Notes: generated by a model from the letters alone, not told the origin. A stretch of DNA of 62,116 nucleotides from Octopus bimaculoides (GCF_001194135.2 NC_068996.1:27346120-27408235); one strand, 5' to 3'. Counted from the first letter of the stretch, positions 14,061 through 26,933 are shown. A program made the numbers and translations.

Positions 14061-14759
14061 ATGAGGAACAGGAATAAATGTTACAATAGAGGAAGAGTTA
14101 CTTGACAAACATGCAATTTGAATGTTATGTCAGTTAATAAAAGTTATGTTCATTTTTGCATTAATTTCAAAACATCCTTTGTATTTATTATTCTTATTTT
14201 AATCTTAATTGGTGAACTATATCATCATATAACAGAGATGATAAATGAGGAAAATGTGGAAATGAGTCAAAACAAAAACATCTCACACATAATGACAATG
14301 TAAATCACTTCTGCTACAGTCAGCAGAACATTTGTCACAGACAAAAATGCAATATACAAAAAAGACTGGTACCAGAAGAGAGAATGCACCAAGGTACAAC
14401 AAAAGTGTACAAACAGTTGAAAACAATTGGAAAAATAATTGTCCAAAATCTGCTGAAGCAGAAATAAAGCAAAGCAAAAATAAACATTTCAGGACCAAAT
14501 GCAACATTCAACACTCAGTATCGATGTGTCAGAGTGGATAGCATGAGGCAGAAAGCATGTATGTATGTTTGTATATATGAACATTGAGCAAAAAATATTT
14601 GACAATCAAAAATGTGTCAACGAAATATTTAACAATCAAAAACAGGAATAATGTGGAAAAGGGGTCCTGAAAAGTGAAAACATACGAAAAATATGTAAAG
14701 CCAGTCTTTTGAAAGTACAAACACACAAAAACTTCATTGTGTACAGAGAATCCACTTTA

Positions 14760-15700
14760 AGATGTTAGTGAATAACGTAGTAAATGGCAAAGAATAACAC
14801 TACAAGTGTCATGATAAGAAGATGCAAGAATCCTTGAAAAGGGCGCCAAAGGATGGAATGCAGTTTGAAGTTGTAGAAGCAGCAGCAGTGGTCACAACAG
14901 GGCATCTAGTTGAAGAGAGGTACCGTTGAGTGTCATTTCTTAAAAGATGCTGTCATGCAAGGTAACCGGCAAATGAAGTCTGAGCGGTAAGCAAGAGTGA
15001 CTGAAAGGTGCCATGGAATTGAAGACAAGCCAGAGCTTCCCCATCCTCCAGTTGAGAGAAGTAGGGATGTGATGTAAAATGCTGAACTGGGAATAAGACA
15101 GGATCAAGAAATGTTACTTACTTACTGGAAACATAACCATGCATTTTGCTGCTACTTTCAGCAAGTAGATGATACTGTGTAAGAAGGAAGTAACATCTCG
15201 TGAAACATGAAGAATACTGCCAAAAAGGTTCTTAGAATGATATAGCCATCAAGTTTATCGTGTGAAAAACTACAAGGACCTCAACTGCAAGAAAGTCTTT
15301 AGTTATAGGCTCTGCAAGTCATAGACAAAATGGAAAACTTAACTGCTGAAAAGATTCTTAGCTTTCCACATGTGATAGAGCTGATAATGTAGAGGCAATC
15401 CTGAAGTTGAACGTCAGGGTCACCAATTATAATGAAGTTGGGAAAATGTGGAAATGATATATAACACGAGATGAAATGAACTGGTAAACGACGATTTATT
15501 CACTGTTATAAAATACAATGATTGCCATACATGATATAAAATAACATAACAGGTTACAACAAAGATGTGTGAGAGACTTCGTGGTCAGGCTGGACTGTTG
15601 ATCTTGTAGACGATATTGATGTACTATTTGGTGGTGTGTAGAGGCAACCATTAGTCTGTTGGTCGTGTGATGTTCATACAACAACAATGTAAGCAGAGAC
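14760..15700 (-). mobile_element. Old LINE fragment with an APE endonuclease (CR1/Jockey/L2-like group)
   Basis: Minus-strand NFIIIGDPDV (cf. GDFN), FGSILHV (cf. LGSSDH) and SSIPW; heavily decayed. Confidence 0.4.
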
Positions 15701-16525
15701 AAGTTGAGTGTGGTCAGTGGCATGTGCCAAAGACCTAGAGTAGTCGAAAACTGCCATTCTTATAGAGATCAGTAGGCTCCCAGGAGCTGGTGATTAATGT
15801 CCCATGTAAGGAAAAATGAACTGTTGTGCCAACATGACTGGACAGCTGGAAACCGACCATTACAAATGACAGGTTTGTTTAATCATGGGGGTCATATGAC
15901 CTGCTGGAACAAAAAGGGCTCTGGAGCTGACATCCTGGTATTTAAGCCTAGATGAGTCAAAACGAAAACATCTCACACATAATGACAGTGTAAATTGCTT
16001 CTGCTACAATCAGTCCACAATGTTTTGGGTGGTGAGAATAAGGGAGCACAAGTTGATGCAGAACAAATATTGACTTCTTTCGAAAACATTTTTTTCTTTA
16101 TCTTGTCAATGTTAACATCTTTTGCCAATATACATGGGCAAAAGATAAGCACATAACTTTTGCTGATATGTGTATTTTGATAAAATACAAGGGCAACCCT
16201 TTGGTATTGGTATACTGACTGTCAGTATTAGATGACATCCTTCATTCTCTTTTTCAGCCTAGCCTTATTTACAATGTCATGAGGGAAGGTTATGTGGGTG
16301 AACGATGTCTACCAATACCAAAGGATTCCAATACGAGTGGATGGGAGAAAATGTAAAAGATCCTACACATAATATATGGTAATAATCTTTGAGAAAAGTC
16401 AGAAACTGAATGAACTGAAAAAAAATCTGAAAAGATCTTTGAGAAAAGTCAGAAATTGAACAAACTGGACGGACAAAATGCAACATTTTTTTTCTTTTTC
16501 TGAAATGTAATCGACAGTGGTTAAA

Positions 16526-17417
16526 TACAGGATGTGATGGGTAAACTGTCACCATTTTATATTTTTAATTTCACACATGTTCCTTGTTTGTTTTTGATTT
16601 TGTCAACTACACAGTATAGTAGGGTCAGTTGGGCACTGTCTGTGAGAAAAACAGCACCATGATGCAATTCACTCTGCCAGAAATTTGGAAATGACATGCT
16701 GTAATGCTTGGCATTTGTACCAGAAGCTCCAATATGAACAGATGGTGAACACTCAGAACAACCGTTGGCTTGCCATGTCCCCAAAACACGTACCAAGAGT
16801 GATAAAAATCAAACATCCAGTCAACATCATGGTGTTTGGAGTGATCACTAGTGATAGTGGTGGTATTCCTCCATTCATCTTCTCACATGGCCTCAGACTC
16901 AACACGGAAGCTGACATCAAGTGCCTGCAAGAGGTAGTGCTGCCCTGGGTCAAGAGGGTGGCTGCTGGAAGACCCTCTGTTTAGCAACAGGACTCTGCAC
17001 CATGCCACACAAGCAGGAAAACCCAGTCATGACTGTCAGGCAATTTCTGTGACCACATTGCCCCTAAGATCTGAACACCTAACTCCCCAGACTGCAACCC
17101 CCTTGATTATTATGTGTGGGGTGCAATTGAGCGAGAGACCAACAAAACTCCTTGTAAAACCAAAGATGAACTGAAGGCAAGGACTATGGCAGCATTCACT
17201 AACTTAAACAAAGAGACTTCCAGAAGAATTGCAGGAGATCGTGAAGTTGTTTGGAGGTCATGGTTGAAGCCAATGGCAATTTTATTGACTAAATTTACTC
17301 TTTAGTATTTTAAGATATTTTTATGTAATTTTGGTAAATATATCTATTAAAATGATATGCTAGTGTTATTTTCATTTTTATGTAATTTACACGACAATAT
17401 ATTCAACATGCACTGTA
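16526..17417 (+). mobile_element. Tc1/mariner DD37D (maT-like) non-autonomous element
   Basis: TA-cag...ctg-TA ends. The peptide HPVNIMVFGVIT...V*QQDSAPCH...SPDCNPLDYYVWG has 37 residues between the second and third D. The three stops fall where Trp is expected. Confidence 0.8.
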
Positions 17418-18144
17418 CATCCAAAGAAATTACAATATCTAGAGCTCTGAATAATTTCCAACTCTATTCTATTGGAATAGCTAACCGTGGATTAAAAAGG
17501 AATGGGATGGGGTGAAAGTAGGTGAGTAAACTGAAATTTAAAAGAAATTAAAGATGGACATAAATTGGTACAACTGCATGAAAACAAAGAACATTCAAAT
17601 ACAAAACATTTTTCAGTAGCAACAAAATTGGCATTTCAGAAATAATGCACTTGGTGTTACTATGGATACTTGTAACACCTGTGACCTTTTGTGAAACACA
17701 TGTAGGAGTTGAATGTAATTAGAATGTCATGTCAGTATATATCGGACGCAAGTTGTGTTGAGATGTTTTCCTAGGCTTAAAAAATAGTAGTAATGTCGAT
17801 CCGTACAGAACAATCATGTTGAAATGGCAACAAACATTACTTTACAAAAAGTATTTATGCAATGAAATATAATTGTTCTGAGATGACTGTTAAGAAATAT
17901 CAGAACCTTTCTGTTAAATACTTTAAAAACATCATTCCACATGCAGATTGAATGAAAACCATTGTAAGGACGTAAGAGACTTAGAATACTAAAACTTCCA
18001 CTAATCACATTCCTTTCATATTGTAGAATACACACATTATGTTCATTATTTGGTCCAGGTATTCTGTGAGCTTTACTTTTATTCACAGGAAAGTGAAACA
18101 ATTCAACTTGACAGAAACTGGCATAATAAAATTAGAGTGTGTGT

Positions 18145-18425
18145 GTGAAGGCACATAACTTAGTGGTTAGTAGTACTTGGCTCATGATCATAAGGTTGTG
18201 AGTTTGATTCCCAGCCATGCATTCTGTCCTTGAACAAGACGCTTTATTTCACATTGCTCCAGTCCATTCAGCTGGCAAAAATGAGTTATATCTTTAATTC
18301 AAAGGGTCAGTCTTGTCACATTCTGTGTCAAGCTGGAACTCCCCGAGAACTATGTAAAATGTCTATGGAGTGCTCAGCCACTTGCACATTAATTTCTCCA
18401 GCAGGTATCAACTGGAACATTCATC
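18145..18425 (+). mobile_element. tRNA-headed SINE, third family (related pieces at ~18830 and, inverted, at ~53400-53595)
   Basis: A/B-box-like head (tagtggttag...gtttgattccc) followed by ccttgaacaag...ccattcagctgg. Confidence 0.55.
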
Positions 18426-18477
18426 ATCATAACTGATGAAGTGTCAGTTTTTTTTTTTTAATGTATGTACTTGTGTG

Positions 18478-18528
<51 letters not shown>

Positions 18529-19764
18529 NNNNNNNNNNNNNNNNNNNNNNNNNNNNNNNNNNNNNNNNNNNNNNNNNNNNNNNNNNNNNNNNNNNNNNNN
18601 NNNNNNNNNNNNNNNNNNNNNNNNNNNNNNNNNNNNNNNNNNNNNNNNNNNNNNNNNNNNNNNNNNNNNNNNNNNNNNNNNNNNNNNNNNNNNNNNNNNN
18701 NNNNNNNNNNNNNNNNNNNNNNNNNNNNNNNNNNNNNNNNNNNNNNNNNNNNNNNNNNNNNNNNNNNNNNNNNNNNNNNNNNNNNNNNATGTATATAGGA
18801 AAGTATTAGTGATCCAGTATAGTAGTAACTGTGAAGGTGCATGGCCTAACACTCAGGGCTGTTTAGCTCATGATCATAAGGTTGTGGGTTTGATTCCTTA
18901 GGTCAGTACATTGTGTCCTTGAGCAAGGTACTTCATTTCATGTGCTCCCAGTCTACTCAACAGTTATGAGTACTAGCCGAGTACTCACGAACGTGTGAGA
19001 GCCAAGATGTCAATATCTATCTGCAATGATATAGGCATCTAAAAGAGTTAGCTGAAGCTATGGTAACTTCTTACTAAGCCATAGTGACTTGCAATGAACA
19101 CCTAGTTTTACATTGTATTACACAAATGACTCCGGAAAGTTATTTTTGAGATATATTCAAGATTTCTTATGTCACTGTCATTGTTTCTCAAAAGCAATTC
19201 AATGGAGTCGCTACTGATTCTGACCAAACAACACAACATGTATCCTCTTTTATTTATTAATTCATTCATCACTGATATGGGATGACAAGGTACATTCAGT
19301 TGTGAACTATATTATGCTCATTACAAATAATGTGCTTATGATATTTTCAGTTATTTTTTTATTATTTACTGATCATATGTTTTAAATTTTACTCTAAATA
19401 TTATTCCAACCGTAATACAATATCATTACGTGTGTTTGGAAACTGTTTGGAGATGTTATTTGGGTAAGTTAGGGGAACAAGTTGGGGTCTTGGAACAAAC
19501 ACCTGTTTTTCCTCCTGTGTTCTATTATTCATTTTTAATGATTCATTTAATAGTGTCCTTTTGTTTTTCAACCCAAACACATGTGAGAAACTACAATAGA
19601 TGTAGCCTAGTTAAATATATATTTCAGGCTTAAAAATATTAATATTTCGCACATAAAACAGTATGAGGTATTCTTTCAGTTTATCATCACAAACTGAAAA
19701 TGGAAAATTTTCTAAAGCTGTTGGCATTGAAGTTTTGATTAATAGGTAAATCTCTTTTACTCTT

Positions 19765-19950
19765 TTACTTGTTTCAGTCATTTTGACTGTGACCATGCTG
19801 GAGCACCGCCTTTAGTCGAGCAAATCGACCCAAGACTTATTCTTTGTAAGCCTAGTACTTATTCTATCGGTCTCTTTTGCCGAACTGCTAAGTTACGGGG
19901 ACATAAACACACCGGCATCGGTTGTCAAGCGATGTTGGGGGGGACAAACA
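19765..19950. mobile_element. Second short interspersed repeat family (copies also at ~21298, ~22025, and inverted at ~7620 and ~5390)
   Basis: tttacttgtttcagtcatt...ctagtacttattctat...aagttacggggac.taaacacacc recurs with high similarity. Confidence 0.7.
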
Positions 19951-20041
19951 CACATATATATATACATATATACGACGGGCTTCTTTCAGTTTCCGTCTAC
20001 CAAATCCACTCACAAGGCTTTGGTTGGCCCGAGGCTATAGT

Positions 20042-20742
20042 NNNNNNNNNNNNNNNNNNNNNNNNNNNNNNNNNNNNNNNNNNNNNNNNNNNNNNNNNNN
20101 NNNNNNNNNNNNNNNNNNNNNNNNNNNNNNNNNNNNNNNNNNNNNNNNNNNNNNNNNNNNNNNNNNNNNNNNNNNNNNNNNNNNNNNNNNNNNNNNNNNN
20201 NNNNNNNNNNNNNNNNNNNNNNNNNNNNNNNNNNNNNNNNNNNNNNNNNNNNNNNNNNNNNNNNNNNNNNNNNNNNNNNNNNNNNNNNNNNNNNNNNNNN
20301 NNNNNNNNNNNNNNNNNNNNNNNNNNNNNNNNNNNNNNNNNNNNNNNNNNNNNNNNNNNNNNNNNNNNNNNNNNNNNNNNNNNNNNNNNNNNNNNNNNNN
20401 NNNNNNNNNNNNNNNNNNNNNNNNNNNNNNNNNNNNNNNNNNNNNNNNNNNNNNNNNNNNNNNNNNNNNNNNNNNNNNNNNNNNNNNNNNNNNNNNNNNN
20501 NNNNNNNNNNNNNNNNNNNNNNNNNNNNNNNNNNNNNNNNNNNNNNNNNNNNNNNNNNNNNNNNNNNNNNNNNNNNNNNNNNNNNNNNNNNNNNNNNNNN
20601 NNNNNNNNNNNNNNNNNNNNNNNNNNNNNNNNNNNNNNNNNNNNNNNNNNNNNNNNNNNNNNNNNNNNNNNNNNNNNNNNNNNNNNNNNNNNNNNNNNNN
20701 NNNNNNNNNNNNNNNNNNNNNNNNNNNNNNNNNNNNNNNNNN
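20042..20742. other. Assembly gap (N run). Other large gaps at ~18529-18788, 21616-21914, 24811-25271, 28527-29092 and 58973-59136.
   Basis: Runs of N, several next to (TA)n arrays; content unknown. Confidence 0.99.
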
Positions 20743-22384
20743 ACAAAGTTGGAATCCTTGGCTCAGCACTGAAACGTATCTTCATTGTGTCTTTTCTATA
20801 AGTATTTCCATGGTCATTGTTCTGATGAACTTTCTTGTTTAGTACTGTCTACCAAGACCTTTAAAGAAGTCACCTGCTTCTCTTCACATGTGCATCATTT
20901 CACTGTTGAACTTCCCGTTACTCAGTAATCCTTTAATTCTAATAATTTCTTTCCTCCAACTGTTGCTCTCTGGAACTCTATACCATCATCTCTTTACCTC
21001 TGATCCATGAAGTTCAGTCTTACTTAAGCTTTCAGTCAGTTGACATCTTTTGAATTTGTAAGTCCCTTTTCTTTCATTGTAGTCTCTTATGCTACATTAG
21101 CCTCAAGCCTTATTTAGGATAAAATTATTTTAAAATGTGTCAATATTTCCTCTTTAAATTTTTTATTAGCAACTGAAAGAATACCCATCATTATTTGTTT
21201 GTTTCTTTACAAAATTTAATGACTTTTGTATTTGTAATGTATTCTAGTGCCTGGTTAATATGAAGAATCGTCATGCAGAAAATACTGAATACGTGTTTTT
21301 TTACTTGTTTCAGTCATTAAACTACAGCCATGCTGGGGCACTGCCTTGATGAATTTTTAGTCAGATGTATCGACCCCGGTACTTACTTTTTCTAAGCTTG
21401 GTACTTATTCTACCCGCCTTTGTTGCTGAACCACTAAGTTACGGGGATGTAAACACACCATCATCAGTTGTCAAGGGGTAGTGGGGGACAAACACAAATA
21501 CAACATACATATATTGTCCGATGAACGGGAACGTGAAACTCAGAGTAACGGTTTTTTTGTTATATTTCTGCTGCTTTTAAATAAAGTATATATATATATA
21601 TATATATATATATATNNNNNNNNNNNNNNNNNNNNNNNNNNNNNNNNNNNNNNNNNNNNNNNNNNNNNNNNNNNNNNNNNNNNNNNNNNNNNNNNNNNNN
21701 NNNNNNNNNNNNNNNNNNNNNNNNNNNNNNNNNNNNNNNNNNNNNNNNNNNNNNNNNNNNNNNNNNNNNNNNNNNNNNNNNNNNNNNNNNNNNNNNNNNN
21801 NNNNNNNNNNNNNNNNNNNNNNNNNNNNNNNNNNNNNNNNNNNNNNNNNNNNNNNNNNNNNNNNNNNNNNNNNNNNNNNNNNNNNNNNNNNNNNNNNNNN
21901 NNNNNNNNNNNNNNTCTTTCAGTTTCCATCTACTAAATCCACTCACAAGGTTTTGGTCAGCCTGAGCTATAGTAGAAGACACTTGCCCAAGGTGTCACAC
22001 AGTGGAACTGAACCCAGGACAAGCTTTCTTTTACTTGTTTCAGTCATTTGACTGCAGTTATGTTGGGGTACCACCTTGAGGGGTTTTAGTCGAACAAATT
22101 GACCCCAGGACTTATTTTTTAAGTCTAGTACTTATTCTATTGGTTTCTTGTCAAACTCATAAGTTACAAGGATGTAAACACACCAACACTGGTTGTCAAG
22201 CAGTGGTGGGAGACAAACGAACACACACACACACACACATATATACAACAGGCTTCTTTCAGTTTCCATCTACCAAATCCACTTATCCTTTTCCCAGAAA
22301 TTACTGGCCTTGTGCCAAAATTTGAAATCAAATATTTGTGTTATGTTTAATCCCCCTCAGTTTAGTATTAAGGAAGGCAAAGGC

Positions 22385-23950
22385 AGGGTATCAATTTAGA
22401 AATAGTAAAGGAAAAAAATTAACCATTTGCTCTACATGGATGATTTGAAGCTTTTTAATAAGAGTAATAAAGAGATAGGTTCCTTAATACAAACTGTAAG
22501 ACTCTTCAATAAAGACAGGCATGGAATCGACAGAGATAAGTCCACAATATTAGTCATAAAAGCGGGACAGGTAATCAGCAGTGAAGATATTCAATTACCA
22601 AATGGCCAAACATTAAAATCACTGAAAGAAGGAGAAAGTTATGTGTCTAGGAGTATTAGAATCTGATAGACTACTAACTATAGAAATGAATGTGAAAATT
22701 GAGAAGGAGTACACCAGAAGGGTGATGAAGTTAATGAAGTCAAAGCTAAATGGTTAGAGAATCTAGTGAAGGCTGTAAACAATTGGCAGATATTCATCAA
22801 CCTTTGTAGATTGGACAAAATCTGAATTAGCAAACCTAGACTGAAGAACTAGGAGGGAATTCAATATGAATGGAGGACTTCATCCAAGGGTAGGGGTAGC
22901 AAGACTATATTTACCCAGAAAGGAAGGTGGTTGAGGCTTAATATCAGTAGAAGACAGTGTGGAGTTAGCTGGAGTAGAAGTAGCTTCCTATGTAGGTAAT
23001 AGTGAGGAAATTTTAACAAGGGTTGCTAGAGTAATAGAAGGAGATAGGAAAACCAAAAAGCCAAATGAAGTTTAAAAAACCAGAAAAAAGAAGCAAGATT
23101 ATCTGACTGGCAAGAGAAGGCCTTCAATGGTAAATTTCCAAAGATGGTGGCAGAAAATAGTGAGATATGGTTGTGGTTGCAGAAAGGAAGGCTGAAAAAG
23201 GAGACAGAAAGTTTGTTAGTAATCATTACAAGATCAGGCACTGAGGACTTATTGGCCAAAAGCTGAGATAGACAAAAATAGGTAGATTCTCAGTATAGGT
23301 TTTTAAATCAAAGGAAGAAAGTGTTACTCTCATAGTAACACTTTTCTCCACAAGAAGTTAGTATGCTAACACAGAAAGAATACAAGAAAAGACATGACAA
23401 CCTAGGGAGAATAATCCACTGGGAGTTATGTAGAAAGCTAGGATTTGAGCATACTGATAAATGGTATGAACATGAACCTAGTAAAATGTTAGAAAATAAG
23501 GAATATAAGATGTGAAATTTTAACATTCAGACTGACAGAATAATAGAAGGCCTGATTTAGTAGTAGTAGACAAAGAAAATGATAAGTGCCAGGTAATTGA
23601 TATTACAGTACCAAATGATGGGAAAGTCAATATGAGAGGTATAGAGAAAATAGCAAAGTACCAGGGCCTAGCCACTGAGTTACAGAGACTATGGAAAGTG
23701 CAGATAAAATGTATCTCTGTAGTTATAGGTGCATTGGAAACCATCCCTAAAGATTTGAACAGATGGATTGAGGAAATAGGCATAAAACCTAGTTTAGTGC
23801 AACTCCAGAAAACAGTATTACTAAGGATAGCTAGGATACTCAGGAAGGTTCATGGTATCTAAGGTTACTTGTTGTAGACCAATGTTAGGAATTTTTTCCA
23901 ACAGTCTAATCTGTTGTGCGTATATGAAAAATGGAATAATAATGATAATA
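22385..23950 (+). mobile_element. 5'-truncated non-LTR retrotransposon with restriction-like endonuclease (R4/Dong-like)
   Basis: INHLLYMDDLKL, SKLNG.N, RLYLPRKEGG.GL, KKRHDNLGRIIHWELC, and PDLVVVDKENDKCQVIDITVP..EKIAKY..L..ELQRLW (REL domain), followed by an AAT-rich tail. Many stops and frameshifts. Confidence 0.8.
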
Positions 23951-24433
23951 GTTCCAGATACCCCATGCTGGGGAACAGCATTGTAAGATTTAATCAACCC
24001 TAGTACTAATTTTAAGTCAGGTAATTTTTTGCTGGGGACGTAAACAAACCGATATAAGTTGCAGTAGGAGACAAAGGTATGCACACATATGATGGGCTTC
24101 CAAAGTTTCTATCTTCCAAATTCATTCCCAAAGCCATGTCTATATAAATAAAATAGATGGTCTGATCATGCCTGATGGCAACCTTGACGTGGATGTTCAA
24201 CATTCCAGAAATAAACAGCCAAACCAAATCAAATCGCACCCAATTATCTTAAAAATAGAAAAAAAAAGGATAATGCAATCACAAATACCCAAAAACTCCT
24301 TTCGTCATGATGTGGAGCTAAACAACATAACTAGTCTTATCAATAAAAAAAATGACTGTGAGTGTATATGATGGTGAAATTGCACCTCTTTGATATTGAT
24401 TATTTTGGACTGGACACTCTGTATACTAAAGGT

Positions 24434-25683
24434 GCTGGAGGTAAAGATCACTTTGAGATTTTTATTTTTTGTTTTTTTATTTTACAGGAACATACTATAT
24501 CGAGGGCAGAGATTCCGAATCTGCAAAAAAAAAAGCATTTCAAAATTTTAATTCCCACCCACTTCATTTCTCAAATTTCACTTTTCTAAAAAAGATTTTT
24601 TTTTTTTTTGCGGAATACATAGGAAAATACAGAGATTATGATTCTGGAAAAAAAAATTTGTAAAATTTCAATTTTTCAAAAAAAAAAAAACACTACCCCT
24701 CCGCCCTATGACAAGAAGTGACATTAAAGTGTCTTCCCTACTAATGTCTCATGACGAACATAACCCAACATGTTGTGGTTGAGGGTCTTTTGGAATTAAG
24801 AGAGGTGTGTNNNNNNNNNNNNNNNNNNNNNNNNNNNNNNNNNNNNNNNNNNNNNNNNNNNNNNNNNNNNNNNNNNNNNNNNNNNNNNNNNNNNNNNNNN
24901 NNNNNNNNNNNNNNNNNNNNNNNNNNNNNNNNNNNNNNNNNNNNNNNNNNNNNNNNNNNNNNNNNNNNNNNNNNNNNNNNNNNNNNNNNNNNNNNNNNNN
25001 NNNNNNNNNNNNNNNNNNNNNNNNNNNNNNNNNNNNNNNNNNNNNNNNNNNNNNNNNNNNNNNNNNNNNNNNNNNNNNNNNNNNNNNNNNNNNNNNNNNN
25101 NNNNNNNNNNNNNNNNNNNNNNNNNNNNNNNNNNNNNNNNNNNNNNNNNNNNNNNNNNNNNNNNNNNNNNNNNNNNNNNNNNNNNNNNNNNNNNNNNNNN
25201 NNNNNNNNNNNNNNNNNNNNNNNNNNNNNNNNNNNNNNNNNNNNNNNNNNNNNNNNNNNNNNNNNNNNNNNTTTAAAATTTTGAAAATGTGTTTCTAGCA
25301 TGTCAGGTTTTCTTTTTAGATACTTTTTGCGTCTGCTATTCTATAATCCTATGCATGCGTGAAACTTTAGTAGAGAAAATACTTTAATTTCACTTCTTGT
25401 CATATGGCGGAGGGGAAGGGGGTGTTTATTTATTAATTTTTTTTTTTGAAAAATTAAAATTTTACAATTTTTTTTCAGAATCATAATCTCCATATTTTTC
25501 TACGTATTTAGCCCCCCCCCCAATTTTTTTTTAAAACGTAAAAATTTAAGAAATTGAGGCGGGGGGTGGTGGTTAAATTTTGAAATGAAGATTTTTTTTG
25601 CAGATTCGGAATCTCCGCCCTTGATATAGTGTGTTCCTGTAGAAAGAAAAAACAAAAAAAATCTCATGATCTTTACCTCCGCC
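24434..25683. mobile_element. DNA transposon-like unit with ~300-bp diverged inverted arms around an N gap
   Basis: The left arm (ggaggtaaagatca...gagattccgaatctgcaaaaa...atgacaagaagtga) is the reverse complement of the right arm ending gatctttacctccgcc. Flanked by direct repeat ctaaaggt at 24426-24433 and 25684-25691. Confidence 0.6.
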
Positions 25684-25779
25684 CTAAAGGTAATAATACT
25701 AATAATATGCGAAATATATATAAAAAAAAATATATATATATAAAACGAACCATATTTCGGAATTACACACAAATTACTA

Positions 25780-26596
25780 GTAAAAAGAGTATGTTTTATC
25801 GCCTCTAAAAAATTTTTAATTACCCCTAAAAAATAACGCTCGCAGAATCATCGCGAGTGATGGCAAGGTTGAATTGATGCTTGAACAAACCAAGCAACCT
25901 CACGATGGTCATCTATTAATGTTATTTCGGCGAGGTGAGATGTCAGTGATGACAGAAATAATGTTATTAGCAGTCCGGCTGTCCTCAAACGTCTGATATA
26001 CCACAGATAAAACTATATAATTCGCCACACCACCTCTACCCTCACTAAGAATGTCTCTCATTACTTATGCCTAATTTTACACATTAAAAAAAAAAAAATC
26101 TTGATCAGGTTTCGGACTACTTTGGCTTCGGCAAGAAAAAAAAATGTTAAAAATAAAAATCAATATTTCACATGATATAAATTTTTTTTCCAGTCGCAAG
26201 TAATAAAATCAAGATTTTAATTGCATCGGTCTTCGATCCTGTTCAGTTATGGAACTGAACTGGTTTGATGAACTTATATTAATATATAAAAAACTTTTGC
26301 TGCTATTTTTAGCGTAGCGAGACCTTAAAATTTATCTTCTCCGCGTTCATTCGATAAATAACGACGTCTTTCTTCTTTTCTGAATGGTTTTCGCGCTTTA
26401 TTATTTATCTACCAATAAGCTTCTCTCTCCTTCGAAGTCTCCCGCCACCACTAGGCCTGTGTATGTAAGTGTATTAGTTATACATATATACATACACACT
26501 TGTATTACTTTATTTGTTCTCTTTATACAGGAGACAGCGCTTCTGTTCGGGGGGAACTGTTAAGCTACGAACCCATTTAGAAGAGGCTGAAATTAG
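25780..26596 (+). promoter_or_regulatory. Probable PRPS promoter and 5'UTR region, with a candidate 66-nt 5'UTR intron (26465-26530)
   Basis: Visibly higher CpG density than the flanks. gtaagt donor at 26465 and ctctttatacag acceptor ending at 26530. Pyrimidine-rich tract near 26420-26445. The transcription start cannot be determined from sequence. Confidence 0.5.
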
Positions 26597-26781
26597 ATGC
26601 CGGGCACGTCTAAACTAAAGGACAGGAAATCATCCAGCAGTGGTTCCGAAATTCGAAACATGCCGAATATCAAAGTCTTCAGCGGAACTTCGCATTCCGA
26701 TCTAACCAGGAAAGTCTGCGACCGACTCGGTATTGATAAAGGAAAGGTTGTCACAACGAAATTCAGCAATGGAGAAACTTG
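26597..26781 (+). CDS. PRPS1: PRPS coding exon 1. The canonical start is ATG 26660 ([41 protein letters not shown]); an in-frame upstream ATG at 26597 adds 21 aa.
   Basis: Translation matches the PRPS N-terminus (human MPNIKIFSGSSH...KKFSNQETC). 26660-26781 is 122 nt. Donor TG|gtatgt at 26782; the phase-2 TG joins the T of exon 2 to give Cys. Confidence 0.96.
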
Positions 26782-26886
26782 GTATGTCGTGTTCTATTTA
26801 TATTTTTACAGTATATTTTTTTTCTTTGTTTTGGGACGACACGTGGACCCTTCTTGGTGTTAAAATATAATGTAAATATAGAAACT

Positions 26887-26933
<47 letters not shown>

